Of a DNA stretch of 64,000 nt, positions 10,737 through 21,338 are shown piece after piece (position 1 is the first letter of the stretch; each line of letters begins with the position of its first letter). Source of the DNA: Candidatus Aminicenantes bacterium. GTDB lineage: Bacteria > Acidobacteriota > Aminicenantia > Aminicenantales > Saccharicenantaceae. The notes below the pieces were generated by a model that was not told the DNA's origin, did not search any database, and was given only the letters and a program-made list of their open reading frames with translations. The stretch is taken from contig CAVRDU010000005.1 of NCBI GenBank assembly GCA_963719985.1, positions 1,619,619 through 1,683,618 of the forward strand. The letters run 5' to 3'. A program made the translations under genes and the position numbers.

Positions 10737-13535
10737 TGGACGCTCGGAGGACCATCGCATCGGGGATCGTCGGGATATTTCTCGTTGTTTGCTCGGCCCG
10801 GGCGCAGACGCCCGGCCTCCGTTCGGTCGAGCTGTCGGGGCCGCGCGGCGCCGAGACGACCGTCTCCGCGCTCGTTCTCGCCGACGGCTCGAAGATCGCC
10901 CTCGCCGCGCCCTCGCCGCTCTATTCTCTCCTCGTCGACGGGAAGCCGGCGCTCGTTTCGAGCCTGCCCGCGGGATTGACCGCGACGGTCGCGCCCGAAG
11001 AGGGCTTCGCGCCGGGCGTGAAGCTGCGGCTCGTCTTCCGCAACGACGGGAAGACCAAGATCAAGCTCGAGAACCTCGTCCCGCTCGGCCAGGGCGCCGA
11101 CCGCGCCTACATCACGGCCGGGCTGCCGAACGAGCCGCCCCACCAGCTCAGCCGGAGCCAGCTCTTCCGGCCGGGCCTCCGGCCGGTCGGCGTCGTCCTT
11201 CCCGACAACGCCTGGCACCTCGGATTCTGCTCCGTCGAGGTCGGCGGCGGAACGTCCCTCGCCGGGCTGGCCCGCCGGACGAAGACCGAAAAGGCCGAGC
11301 GCACCCGCTGGGCCTCGATCCTCGAGCCGGGCGGCACGGTCGAGTACGCGATCCACCTCGAGGCCCACGACGGCGGCTGGCGCCGCGCCCTCGAGATCAT
11401 GTTCCGCGAGCGCTACCTCTACGACCTCGAGCGCTTCGACGACGCCCTCTTCCGCCGCCCCGACCTGGCCTGGGTCCGGCGGGCCTACCTCATGGTCCTC
11501 CAGTTCGCCTGGGACCGGACCTATTACGACCGCCAGGCCGGCCGCTACGCCTTCGATCGGACGCTCACCGCCTGGGACGAGCTCCTCGGCCCCATCGACA
11601 TCTTCACCATCTGGCCGACCTGGCCCCGGCTCGGCCTCGACCAGCGCAATCAGTGGGACATGTACCGGGACCTGCCGGGGGGACTCGGTGAGCTCCGGCG
11701 CCAGGTCGACCTGGCCCACAGCCTGGGCAAGAAGTACTTCATCTCCTACAACCCCTGGGACGAGAGCACCCGGCACGAGGACCACATCGCCGGTATGGAG
11801 GACATGTTGAGGCGGCTCGACGCCGACGGAGTCGTCCTCGACACCCGGGGCGAGTCGAGCCGCGAGTTCCAGGCTGCGGCCGACCGGGTCAAGCCCGGCG
11901 TCATCATGTACAGCGAGGGGATGGCCGTGCCCCGCGACATGCCCGGCATCGTCTCGGGCCGGGTCCACGACGCCCTCTACATGCCGCCGCCGCTCAACCT
12001 GAACAAGTACATGCGGCCCGACTTCGCCATCTTCCGGGTCCTCCAGCTCGCCGAGGGGCCGCTCCACCGCGAATCGGCCGTGGCCTTCTTCAACGGCTAC
12101 GGGTCGGAGATCAACACGATGCGGCCGGGCCGGCCCGACTGGATCGAGGAGGAGCTCCGCTATCTCGGCCGGACGACCAAGCTCCTCCGCGAGAATTCGA
12201 CGGCGTTCCTCGATCCGGCCTGGGAGCCGCTCGTGCCGGTCTGCGAGGACGGTCTCTGGGCCAACCGCTGGCGCGACGGCGCCAAGACAGTCTTCACCGT
12301 CTTCGCCCTGCGGCCGGAGGGCTACAAGGGCCCGCTCGTCGAGGTCGAAGTGCCCGAAGGGGCCCACCTCGTCAGCCTCTGGAACCACGAGGAACTCGAG
12401 TCCCGTCTCGAGGGACGGCCGGACCTATGCCCCGGTCGACGTCGCCGCCTTCGGCGCCGCCCGGCTGGGGACGCGCCTCGAGGGGAACGTCGATTGCGTC
12501 GCCGTTCTTCCGGCGCGGCTCAGGGTCGAGGCCGACGGCGAACTCGTGACGTTCGAGGCGCCGGACGCGCCGGCCGGGAGCCGGATCGCCGTCTCGGCCG
12601 GGGCCCCCTCCTACGCCGAAGAGCCGGCCTCGTTCGGGACGGAGCGGCGGACGATCGCGCTCCACGAGCACTTCGGCTTTCGCGAGGAGAAGTTCGTCGT
12701 CCAGCTCTTCGACGCGCGGGGCGAGATCCTCGACGAGCGCGTCGTCCGCCTGCCGCTGGCCCACCCGCGCCTCGTGACCCGCGTCGAGCGGACGGCCCCG
12801 GCCCGGGTCGCGCCGGCCGGCATGGTCGAGGTCCCGGCCGGGACGTTCGTTTTCAGGACCGCCGGCAATCCCGACGACGCCAATCCCGTCATCCCGTACC
12901 CCGCGACGAAGACGCCCCGGACGCTCGCGATGCCCCGGTTCTTCATGGACCGGACCCCGGTGACCAACGACGCCTTCGCCGCCTTCCTCGCGGCGACGGG
13001 ATACGCCCCGGCCGACCTCTCGAATTTCCTCGAGCACTGGGTGGACGGCAAGCCGCCGGCCGGCCGGGGCGACCATCCCGTCGTCTGGGTCTCGCTCGAA
13101 GACGCCCGGGCCTACGCCGCCTGGGCGGGCAAGCGCCTGCCGACCGAGGCCGAGTGGCAGTACGCCGCCCAGGGCACGGACGGGCGGCCCTTCCCGTGGG
13201 GGAAAAAGATGGAGCCGGGCCGGTGCAACGACAAGCTCAACCGGACGACCCCGGTCGGCGCCCACCCCCGCGGCGCGAGCCCGTTCGGGGTCCTCGACTT
13301 GGTCGGCAACGTCTGGCAGATCATGGACGACGTCTACGACAACGGCGTCTACCGGTACGGCATCATCCGCGGCGGCAGCTACTACGCGCCCGAGAAGAGC
13401 GTCTGGTACGTCAAGAGCGGGCCGCTCGCCGTGGACCGGGTCCAGATCCACCTGCTCGTCGCCCCGGGCCTCGACCGGGCGGCCACGGTCGGCTTCCGCT
13501 GCGTCAAGGACGCCGCGCGGGCCCCGGGGCCTTGA
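10733..13535 (+). CDS. Large secreted protein with C-terminal FGE/SUMF1 domain; +1 frameshift at about 12413
   Basis: C-terminal MDRTPVTN, HPVVWVS, GKRLPTEAEWQYAA, LDLVGNVWQ, RGGS, GFRCV; removing one G of GGG at 12412-12414 joins the two ORFs. Confidence 0.8.
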
Positions 13536-15306
13536 CGAAGCGCTTGCTCTCCATGGGTCCCCGGTAGTACAGGACCTGCGGCACGACCGGCCGGAGCTCG
13601 GCGAAATAGCGCCCTCCCTCGTCGTCCCTCATGTGCATCAGGATGACCGCCGACGGCCGGATCCTCTCCAGGACCATCTTCCGGGCCGCCTCGTCCTGGA
13701 GGAGGAAGGGATCGAAGAAGGCGATGTCGATATTCATCTCCTCCCAGGGGATCGACGAGAGGAAGGGGAGGTTGACGGGGGGAAAGAGGTCGCCCTGATG
13801 GTAGATCCGGAATGGGCCGAGGTCCATGATGTAACCCAGGGTGAGATAAGCGGGCTCCCGGTCGGCGTGGTTGACGCCGAGGACGGTCAGGGGGACGCCG
13901 TTGACCGCGAGGGACGTCTTCTCGCCGACTGTGAGGCCGAGGATCTTGACGCGCGGACCGAGCTTCTTGAATTCGTCGGGCCCGGTCTCCCGGAGGTCCC
14001 TCTCCACGAGCCCGTCCCCGACGAGGACAGTCTCCTCGTGGGCGGCCAGGACATCGAGGGCCATGCGGGGCTCGAAGTGGTCGCGGTGCGCGTGCGAGAA
14101 GAGAAGGAGGTCCAGCCGCTCGAAGGGGGGGCGCTGGGCTTTCATGAGGGCCAGGGCCCGCTCCGGCGTGTTCGTGTAGCCCCAGGGGTTCTGGACAAGG
14201 CCGTCGACGAGGACGCTCTTGGCGCCGGCCTGGATGAGGAAGCCGTCCGTGCCGATGTACCGGATGACGGCGGCCTCGGCTTTCGTCCCGGCCGGGGATC
14301 CGGCGATCTCGTGCGATCCGCCCTTGAGGACGTGCAGCTTGGGCGGGACGGGCCGGGCGCCCTTGGCGGTCAGGAGGGAGGCCAGGGCGTCGGAGCCCCA
14401 GTCCTGGGCGATCTCGAGCGGCGTCGCGCCGTTCGCGTCGACCGCGTTGGGATCGGCGCCCTTGTCCAATAACGCCTTCGCGGCGTCGTCCAGTCCCTTC
14501 TCGACGGCCAGGTGCAGGGCCGTCCGGCCCGCGGCGTCCTTGACGTTGACATCGGCGCCCTTGGCGATCGCCTCGACGGCCCGGGCTCCCAATCCTCCCC
14601 GGAGAAAGCTGAGGAGGATGGGATCGCCGTTGGGGCTGGGGCGGTTCGGGTCCGCGCCCTTCTCGAGCAGGTTCCGGACCATATCCTCGTGCCCCTGCGA
14701 GGCCGCGGCGTGGAGGAGTATCGGACCTTCAGGGCCTTTGGGGTCGTAGCGGACGAGCCTCAGCAGGATCTCGAGAACGGCCGTCCGGTTCTGCAGGGCG
14801 GCGTATTCGAGCGGGGTTCGCCCCTGGCCGTCCTTCACGGACGGATCGGCGCCTTTGTTGATCAAGACCTCGACCACCGCGGCCTTGCCCTCGCGGGCGG
14901 CGTAGTGGAGAGGGGAGCGGCCGTTGCGGTCCTGATATTGGAAGGCCGCTCCTTTGTCCAAGAAGAGCTCGACGGCCTGCCTGAATCCGGCATAGGCGGA
15001 ATAGAGGAGCGGCGTCTGGCCGCTCGCGTTCCGGGCGTCCAGCGCGGCTCCGTTCTCCAGGAGCAACCGGATGATCGGCAGCGCGGCCTGCTCGCCGCGG
15101 CGGCATCCGGCCGCCTGGTGGAGGGCCGTGTCGCCCTCGGCGTTCTTGGCTTCGACGAGCTTCGGATCGGCTTTGAGCAGGCGGGCCACGGTCTCGAGGT
15201 CGCCGCTTTCGGCGGCCTCGAAGATGGTGGCCTGCGCGGCGAGCGGCGGCGAAGCCTCGAAGATGAAGGCGATCAGGGCCAGGGCGACGATGGCTCGGTG
15301 CTTCAT
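13504..15306 (-). CDS. Secreted ankyrin-repeat protein with C-terminal metallo-beta-lactamase-fold hydrolase
   Basis: Signal peptide MKHRAIV; repeated G.T(P/A)LH.A ankyrin motifs; SHAHRDH, H and HQGD metal ligands. Confidence 0.88.
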   Translation of the reverse strand: MKHRAIVALALIAFIFEASPPLAAQATIFEAAESGDLETVARLLKADPKLVEAKNAEGDTALHQAAGCRRGEQAALPIIRLLLENGAALDARNASGQTPLLYSAYAGFRQAVELFLDKGAAFQYQDRNGRSPLHYAAREGKAAVVEVLINKGADPSVKDGQGRTPLEYAALQNRTAVLEILLRLVRYDPKGPEGPILLHAAASQGHEDMVRNLLEKGADPNRPSPNGDPILLSFLRGGLGARAVEAIAKGADVNVKDAAGRTALHLAVEKGLDDAAKALLDKGADPNAVDANGATPLEIAQDWGSDALASLLTAKGARPVPPKLHVLKGGSHEIAGSPAGTKAEAAVIRYIGTDGFLIQAGAKSVLVDGLVQNPWGYTNTPERALALMKAQRPPFERLDLLLFSHAHRDHFEPRMALDVLAAHEETVLVGDGLVERDLRETGPDEFKKLGPRVKILGLTVGEKTSLAVNGVPLTVLGVNHADREPAYLTLGYIMDLGPFRIYHQGDLFPPVNLPFLSSIPWEEMNIDIAFFDPFLLQDEAARKMVLERIRPSAVILMHMRDDEGGRYFAELRPVVPQVLYYRGPMESKRFVKAPGPARRP

Positions 15307-15530
15307 GAGGGCTTCCTCCTCGACCGCGGTGTAAAGATATTTGGCGGCACGCCCGCCCCTCTCAGAAGGGACGGGCCCGCCCGGAGCGCATGCCCGGGAG
15401 AGCCGCAATATTCGTGCCACTTCGGGGACCTTCGAGGCGTCATTGACACGTCTTTCCCCAAAGCCTATCATAGTTCGGTCAGGCGGGGCTACGAACCCGG
15501 CCCGGAATCACTGTCCCTGAACGAGGTCGC

Positions 15531-16946
15531 ATGAAGAACGCAGGAAAGGCCAGCCTAACGGTTCTCGCCCTTATCATGATCGTGGCGCTCTCCGCCTGCG
15601 AGAGAAAGCAGGAGGTTATCCCCGAGCCGGTTTCGCCGATCAAGTGGAACTGGATCTCCGGCAGCATGACCGCCGACCAGACCGGCGTCTACGGGACCAT
15701 GGGCGTTACGGCGTCGTCGAACATCCCCGGCGCGAGAGAGGACGCGGTGACCTGGGTCGGGGCCGGCGACGGCCTCTGGCTCTTCGGAGGATATGGCTAC
15801 GATTCGACGGGCTATCCCGGCCGGATGAGCGACCTCTGGAAATTCGACCCGACCGCCCAGGCTTGGACCTGGGTCGACGGAAGCCCCGTCCGGGACCAGG
15901 CGGGGACCTATCTCACGCCGGGATCGCCCCATCCGGCCGCGGAACCGGGGGGACGCAACGGCGCCGTCTCCTGGACCGGCGCGGACGGCAGCTTCTGGCT
16001 CTTCGGAGGGCTCGGCTATGACGCGGCGGGCTCGATCGGCCAGCTCAATGACCTGTGGAAGTACGACCCGGCGACCGGGGAGTGGGCCTGGATGGGAGGC
16101 GGTTCCGCCAGGTACCAGGCGGGGTCCTACGGCGCGCTGGGCGTCGCCGATCCGGCCAACTCGCCCGGGGCCCGCACCGGGGCCGCGTCGGCCATCGACG
16201 CCGGCGGCCATTTCTGGCTCTTCGGCGGCTACGGCTACGACGCGGCGGGCGAGAAGGGCCGGCTCAACGACCTCTGGATGTACGATCCGGCGGCCGCCGC
16301 GTGGACCTGGATTTCCGGCAGTGACGCCGTCGACCAGATGGGCGTCTACGGCGAAGTCACCGTGCCCGACCCGGCCAACGTCCCCGGGGCGCGCAACGAG
16401 GCCCTGTCCTGGGTCGGCTTCGACGGCTTCCTCTGGGTCTTCGGCGGCGACGGCCTGGACTTCTCGGGCTACAGGGGAAAGCTCAACGATCTCTGGAAGT
16501 TCGACCCGGCGACCCTGGAATGGACCTGGGTCGACGGCACCAGGATCTTCAACGTTGCCGGCGTATACGGCGATCTCAACAGCTCGTCCACGACGGCCGA
16601 GCCCGGATCGAGGTACGGGGCCGTCTCCTGGATCTCCGCCGACGGGATCGCCTTCCTCTTCGGCGGCTACGCCATCGACGCGAGCAACTACGAGGGCTGG
16701 ATCAACGACTTCTGGAGGTACGACTCTCCGATCGTGTCGTGGACATGGCTCGCGGGCAGCAGCGCCCGCGGGGCCACGGGCGTCCACGGCACCCAGGGCA
16801 CCGGGGCCTCGGAGAACCACCCGGGAGCGAGGTATTTCGCCGTGTCCTGGATCGATTCCCAGGGCCGGCGCTGGCTCTTCGGAGGATACGGGCTGGATTC
16901 CGAGGGCGTGGGCGGCCGGCTCAACGACCTCTGGCGCCAGGACTGA
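15531..16946 (+). CDS. Kelch/galactose-oxidase-like beta-propeller lipoprotein
   Basis: Lipobox LSAC; about seven repeats of PGAR...WLFGG.G...G.LNDLW.YD...WTW. Confidence 0.85.
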   Translation: MKNAGKASLTVLALIMIVALSACERKQEVIPEPVSPIKWNWISGSMTADQTGVYGTMGVTASSNIPGAREDAVTWVGAGDGLWLFGGYGYDSTGYPGRMSDLWKFDPTAQAWTWVDGSPVRDQAGTYLTPGSPHPAAEPGGRNGAVSWTGADGSFWLFGGLGYDAAGSIGQLNDLWKYDPATGEWAWMGGGSARYQAGSYGALGVADPANSPGARTGAASAIDAGGHFWLFGGYGYDAAGEKGRLNDLWMYDPAAAAWTWISGSDAVDQMGVYGEVTVPDPANVPGARNEALSWVGFDGFLWVFGGDGLDFSGYRGKLNDLWKFDPATLEWTWVDGTRIFNVAGVYGDLNSSSTTAEPGSRYGAVSWISADGIAFLFGGYAIDASNYEGWINDFWRYDSPIVSWTWLAGSSARGATGVHGTQGTGASENHPGARYFAVSWIDSQGRRWLFGGYGLDSEGVGGRLNDLWRQD

Positions 16947-17057
16947 TCCCGATCGGTCTCCCCGGGCAACTTTTGTCCCGCGTTCCCGGTATATCCTGTT
17001 GTCCACCCCGACGCACGGGTGCGCCTGGCGCCATGGCGCCGCCCGGTAAGGAGCGAA

Positions 17058-18530
17058 ATGAATAGAGCCACCCTCAGCCGCCTTTCCGTACTCTCCGCCG
17101 GTCTCGCGATATTGTCCGCGACGGCCTGCTCGCCGCGGGCTTCGGAGGCCCCGGCCGTCCTTTCCGCCAGGATCGAAAGGGTTGAACAAGGCCTCCTGCC
17201 GGGTATCGTCATCGCGGGGCGGCCGGTCCCGCGGTACGCCCTCGCCGAACGCTTGGCCGCCCTGAAGGTCCCCGGCGTCTCCGTCGCCGTCATCAACGGC
17301 GGGGCCGTCGAATGGGCCAAGGGGTATGGCGTCGTCGAGGCGGGCGCGCCGGCGGCGGTGACGCCGCGGACGCTCTTCCAAGCGGCCTCGATCAGCAAGC
17401 CCGTCGCGGCCCTGGCTGCCCTCCGCCTGGTCGAACAGGGCCGGCTCTCTCTGGACGAGGACGTCAACGCCCGGCTCGTCTCCTGGAAGGTCCCGGAGAA
17501 CGAACTCACGAAGACCGAGAAAGTCACCCTCCGGCGCCTGCTCAGCCACACGGCCGGGCTGACCGTGCACGGCTTCGGCGGCTATCCCGCCGACGCCGCC
17601 GTGCCCGCGGTCGTCGATCTGCTCGACGGAAAGAAGCCGGCCAACAGCGCCGCGGTCCGGGTCGACGTCGTGCCCGGGAGCGTCTGGAGGTACTCGGGCG
17701 GCGGCTACACGGTCATGCAGCAGCTTCTGGCCGACGTCACGGGGAAGCCCTTCCCCGCCCTTCTCGAGGAGCTCGTCCTCGGGCCTCTGGGCATGGCCGA
17801 CAGCACCTACGAGCAGCCTCTGCCGGCCGGCCGCCGGGCCGCGGCCGCCAGCGGGCACCGCTCGGACGGCGCCCTCATTCCGGGCCGGTACCACACGTAT
17901 CCGGAGATGGCCGCCGCCGGGCTCTGGACGACGCCGACCGATCTCGCCCGCTTCCTGATCGAGGGGCAGAAAGCGCTCGCCGGCCGCTCCCAGCTCCTGA
18001 CGGCCAACACGGCCCGGGCGATGACGACCGCGGCCAAAGGGAGCTACGGGTTGGGATTTTCGCTCCAGGGCCGCGGCGAGGCGGCGACCTTCGGCCACGG
18101 CGGCTCCAACGAGGGTTTCAAGTGCCAGATGGTCGCTTTCATCGAGGGCGGCCGCGGCGCCGTGGTCATGACCAACGGCGACAAGGGCGGATGGCTGGGC
18201 ATGGAGGTCCTCCGCTCGATCTTCCGCGAGTACGGTTGGCCGGGCTTTCAGCCGCAGGAGAGGACGGTCGTCGCCGTGGACCCGGCCTCGTTGGCCGCGC
18301 TCGCCGGCCGCTATGAGCTGCAGCCGGGGCGGACCCTTGACGTCGTCCTGGAGAACGGCACGCTCTTCATCGTCGACGGCGAGGAAAAGGTCGAGCTCTA
18401 TCCGGAATCGGCCACGCGCTTTTTCGAGCTCGCCGAGGAGCACACGGTCGTGTTCGTCAAGGGAGCCGACGGCAAGGCCACCCACATGGTCATCGACGGC
18501 CGGCTCAAGGCGCCCCGGATCGGCGACTGA
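17058..18530 (+). CDS. Serine hydrolase, beta-lactamase class C/AmpC-like family, probable lipoprotein
   Basis: FQAASISK (SxxK), LLSHTAG, YSGGGY, HGGSN motifs; ATAC lipobox-like; C-terminal DUF3471-like domain. Confidence 0.9.
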   Translation: MNRATLSRLSVLSAGLAILSATACSPRASEAPAVLSARIERVEQGLLPGIVIAGRPVPRYALAERLAALKVPGVSVAVINGGAVEWAKGYGVVEAGAPAAVTPRTLFQAASISKPVAALAALRLVEQGRLSLDEDVNARLVSWKVPENELTKTEKVTLRRLLSHTAGLTVHGFGGYPADAAVPAVVDLLDGKKPANSAAVRVDVVPGSVWRYSGGGYTVMQQLLADVTGKPFPALLEELVLGPLGMADSTYEQPLPAGRRAAAASGHRSDGALIPGRYHTYPEMAAAGLWTTPTDLARFLIEGQKALAGRSQLLTANTARAMTTAAKGSYGLGFSLQGRGEAATFGHGGSNEGFKCQMVAFIEGGRGAVVMTNGDKGGWLGMEVLRSIFREYGWPGFQPQERTVVAVDPASLAALAGRYELQPGRTLDVVLENGTLFIVDGEEKVELYPESATRFFELAEEHTVVFVKGADGKATHMVIDGRLKAPRIGD

Positions 18531-18593
18531 CGGTCGGGCCCCGCCGACGGGGGATAGGTTGACGATGCCGGACTATCCCGACATAATCTCCCC

Positions 18594-21260
18594 ATGTCCC
18601 GCCTGAAAGGCTCTCTCAGAAGACCCTGGGCCGCCAGCCTCGTCGCGGCCGTCGTCTTGGGCGTCAGCCTGGCCCCGGCATCCTGGCCTGAGACGAAGAA
18701 AGCCGAGGTCGCGGCGACCGGAGGGCTGGTGGCCACGGCCCACCCCCTGGCTTCCCGGGCCGGCGCCGAGATGCTCGAGGCGGGCGGCAACGCGGTCGAC
18801 GCGGCCGTGGCCGCCGCCTTCGCCATCGCCGTCGCCGAGCCGAACTCCAACGGCCTCGGCGGCGAGGGGATGATGATCGTCTATCTGGCCCGGACCCGGA
18901 AGGCCGTGGCCATCGACTACCGGTCCGCGGCCCCGGCCGGCGCGGTCTTCCCCGACCGCATCCCCGACGCCGGTCCCGCCTCGGTCGCCGTCCCGGGGAC
19001 GGTCGCCGGGCTTTGCCTGGCCCTCGAGAAGTACGGGACGCTGCCCCTCTCGCGGGTGCTCGAGCCGGCGATCGCGCTGGCCGCGGACGGTTTCACCGTC
19101 TCACCGACGCTCGCCGGGATCATCCTGGACAACTTCGAAGCGCTCTCTCTAGAGAAGGGACTGGCCGGCGTCTTCTGCCCCGACGGATTGCCCCTCGAGG
19201 CGGGCGATACGCTCAAGAACCCCGCGCTCGCCGCGAGCCTGCGCCTGATCGCCTGGGGCGGGCGGGACATGTTCTATCGGGGAGAGCTGGCGGAGAGGAT
19301 CGCCGCCGACGTGCGCGGCCGCGGCGGCTTCATCACGAAAGCGGACCTGGCCGGGTACCGGGCCGTCGAGCGCGAGCCGGTCCGGGGGACCTACCGGCGC
19401 CACCGGATAGTCTCCGCCCCGCCGCCCGTCGGTGGCCTCGCCGTCGTCGAGACGCTCCAGATCCTCGAGAGCTTCGAGCTCGGCCGGCTCGCCCCGCTCT
19501 CGCCCGAGCGCATTCACATCATGGCCGAGGCCATGAAGCGGGCCATGGTCGACTGGCGCGCCTTCGTCGGCGACCCGGGCTACGTCGACGTCCCGACCGC
19601 GGGGCTGCTCGCCCCGTCCTATGCCCGGTCGCGCGCGGCCGAGATCCGGCCCGACCGGATCAGCGACAAGATCGCCCCCGGCGACCCGGCCAAGGGCCAG
19701 AGCCCCAGCACGACGTCGCTCGCGGTCGTGGACCAGGACGGCAACATGGTCGCCCTGACCCAGACCATCTCGGACTTCTTCGGGGCCAAGGTCATGGTCG
19801 CGGGGACGGGCGTCATCCTCAACAACGAGATGGGCAACTTCTCGGCCCAGGGCGTCAACAGCTTGGCGCCGGGCAAGCGGATGAGGACGACCATCGCGCC
19901 GACGATCGTCCTCAAGGGGAAAAAACCCTTCGCCGCCCTGGGGACTCCGGGCGCCGCCCGGATCCTGACGACGATGCCGCTCGTCGTCTCGAACCTCGTC
20001 GATTACGGCATGGGCATCCAGGCGGCCATCGAGGCGCCCCGGTTCTTCCCGGCCGACAAGGAGCTCGTCGTCGAGCCGCGTCTGCCCGAGGCGACCGTCT
20101 CGGCGCTCGAGAAGCTCGGCTACGCCGTGACGCGGAGGGGCGAGTTCGACCTCTACTTCGGGGGGGCGCAGGGCGTCGTCATCGACCCGAGGACGAAGCT
20201 CCGGACCGGCGGGGCCGATCCGCGCCGCGACGGGGCCGTCGTCAGCGTCCCCAAGATCGCTCCCGCAACGAAGCGGATCCGCATCCCGAAAGCCAGGCCG
20301 GCCGTCCACGACGTGCGCCCGGGGCCGGGCGTCATCACCAGGGCGCTCTCGGACTACCTGCCGGCGCTGGCCCGCACGCCGGGCGACACCGCGGTCTACG
20401 TGCTCGAAGGCCCGGAGCCGGGCGGGACCGTGTTCGTGGCCGGAGGGACGCACGCCGGCGAGACCGCCGGCCAGGTCGCGGCCGTCGGCCTCGTCGAGCG
20501 CGCGGTCGTCCGCCGGGGCCGCCTCGTCGTCGTCCCCTACGCCAACAACTCCGCGGTCACCTATCCGGACCCCCGGAGGCCCAAGAGCCCCAGGGATCTC
20601 AGCGTCCGCGGGGCCGGAGGGCTCCGCCGCTTCAAGATCGGGGCGCGGCTGACGCATCCCCGGCACCAGGGGGAGAAGGACCCGCCGGGCGAGGCCGCGC
20701 CATCGCCGGAATACGCCGCGGACAACCTCTCGCGGAACCTCGACCGCCAGTATCCGGGCCAGGCCGACGGGAACCTGACCCAGAGGATCGCCTGGGCCAT
20801 CACGTCGCTCCTCGTGAGAGAGAGGGCCGACCTGGCATTCGATCTCCACGAAGCGCCGCCGGGGAGCCGGCTGGCGATGATGATCGTCGCCAATCCGAAG
20901 AACGTCGACCTCGCCGCCGAGGCCGTCCTGTCCCTCGAAGCCGCGGGGCTGGCCATGAAGCTCGAGGAATCGTCCGCGGAGTTCAAGGGGCTGTCCCACC
21001 GGGAATGGGGCGACGCCACGCGGGCGCGGGCCTTCCTGTTCGAGACCCCCAACCCGGCCTTTCGGAGGGACGATCCCGGCGACCCGGTCGCGGACCCCGA
21101 GTGGCCCCTCGCGAAACGCGTCGCGATCCAGCTCGAGGCGCTGCGGGCGATCGTCGAGGCCTACAACGGAGGCGTTCCGGAGGCCCGGCGGGTAGTGATC
21201 GAGGGGCTGCCCTCCTACGACGAGCTCACGAAGACCGGCTTGGCCTGTCTCTTGCGCTAG
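18594..21260 (+). CDS. ggt: Gamma-glutamyltransferase fused to an M14 succinylglutamate desuccinylase/aspartoacylase-like domain
   Basis: GGNAVDAAVA, VPGTVAG, STTSLAVVD (Thr nucleophile), LNNEM, GGADPRRDG; then GGTHAGE, RNLDR, DLHE M14 motifs. Confidence 0.88.
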   Translation: MSRLKGSLRRPWAASLVAAVVLGVSLAPASWPETKKAEVAATGGLVATAHPLASRAGAEMLEAGGNAVDAAVAAAFAIAVAEPNSNGLGGEGMMIVYLARTRKAVAIDYRSAAPAGAVFPDRIPDAGPASVAVPGTVAGLCLALEKYGTLPLSRVLEPAIALAADGFTVSPTLAGIILDNFEALSLEKGLAGVFCPDGLPLEAGDTLKNPALAASLRLIAWGGRDMFYRGELAERIAADVRGRGGFITKADLAGYRAVEREPVRGTYRRHRIVSAPPPVGGLAVVETLQILESFELGRLAPLSPERIHIMAEAMKRAMVDWRAFVGDPGYVDVPTAGLLAPSYARSRAAEIRPDRISDKIAPGDPAKGQSPSTTSLAVVDQDGNMVALTQTISDFFGAKVMVAGTGVILNNEMGNFSAQGVNSLAPGKRMRTTIAPTIVLKGKKPFAALGTPGAARILTTMPLVVSNLVDYGMGIQAAIEAPRFFPADKELVVEPRLPEATVSALEKLGYAVTRRGEFDLYFGGAQGVVIDPRTKLRTGGADPRRDGAVVSVPKIAPATKRIRIPKARPAVHDVRPGPGVITRALSDYLPALARTPGDTAVYVLEGPEPGGTVFVAGGTHAGETAGQVAAVGLVERAVVRRGRLVVVPYANNSAVTYPDPRRPKSPRDLSVRGAGGLRRFKIGARLTHPRHQGEKDPPGEAAPSPEYAADNLSRNLDRQYPGQADGNLTQRIAWAITSLLVRERADLAFDLHEAPPGSRLAMMIVANPKNVDLAAEAVLSLEAAGLAMKLEESSAEFKGLSHREWGDATRARAFLFETPNPAFRRDDPGDPVADPEWPLAKRVAIQLEALRAIVEAYNGGVPEARRVVIEGLPSYDELTKTGLACLLR

Positions 21261-21276
21261 CCCCCTCAAACTCGGA

Positions 21277-21306
21277 TTGACAACGGCCCGGGGCCGGTAA
21301 TATTCT
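21277..21306 (+). promoter_or_regulatory. Sigma70-type promoter
   Basis: TTGACA-18-TATTCT upstream of the C69 gene. Confidence 0.55.
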
Positions 21307-21338
21307 CGTCCCTAGTCGGAGAAGATCAGGAGGTACCC

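Noticed and set aside
15640-16940. Regularly spaced repeats such as TGGCTCTTCGG and CTCAACGACCTCTGG
   Set aside because: Explained by kelch propeller blades; degenerate at third codon positions.
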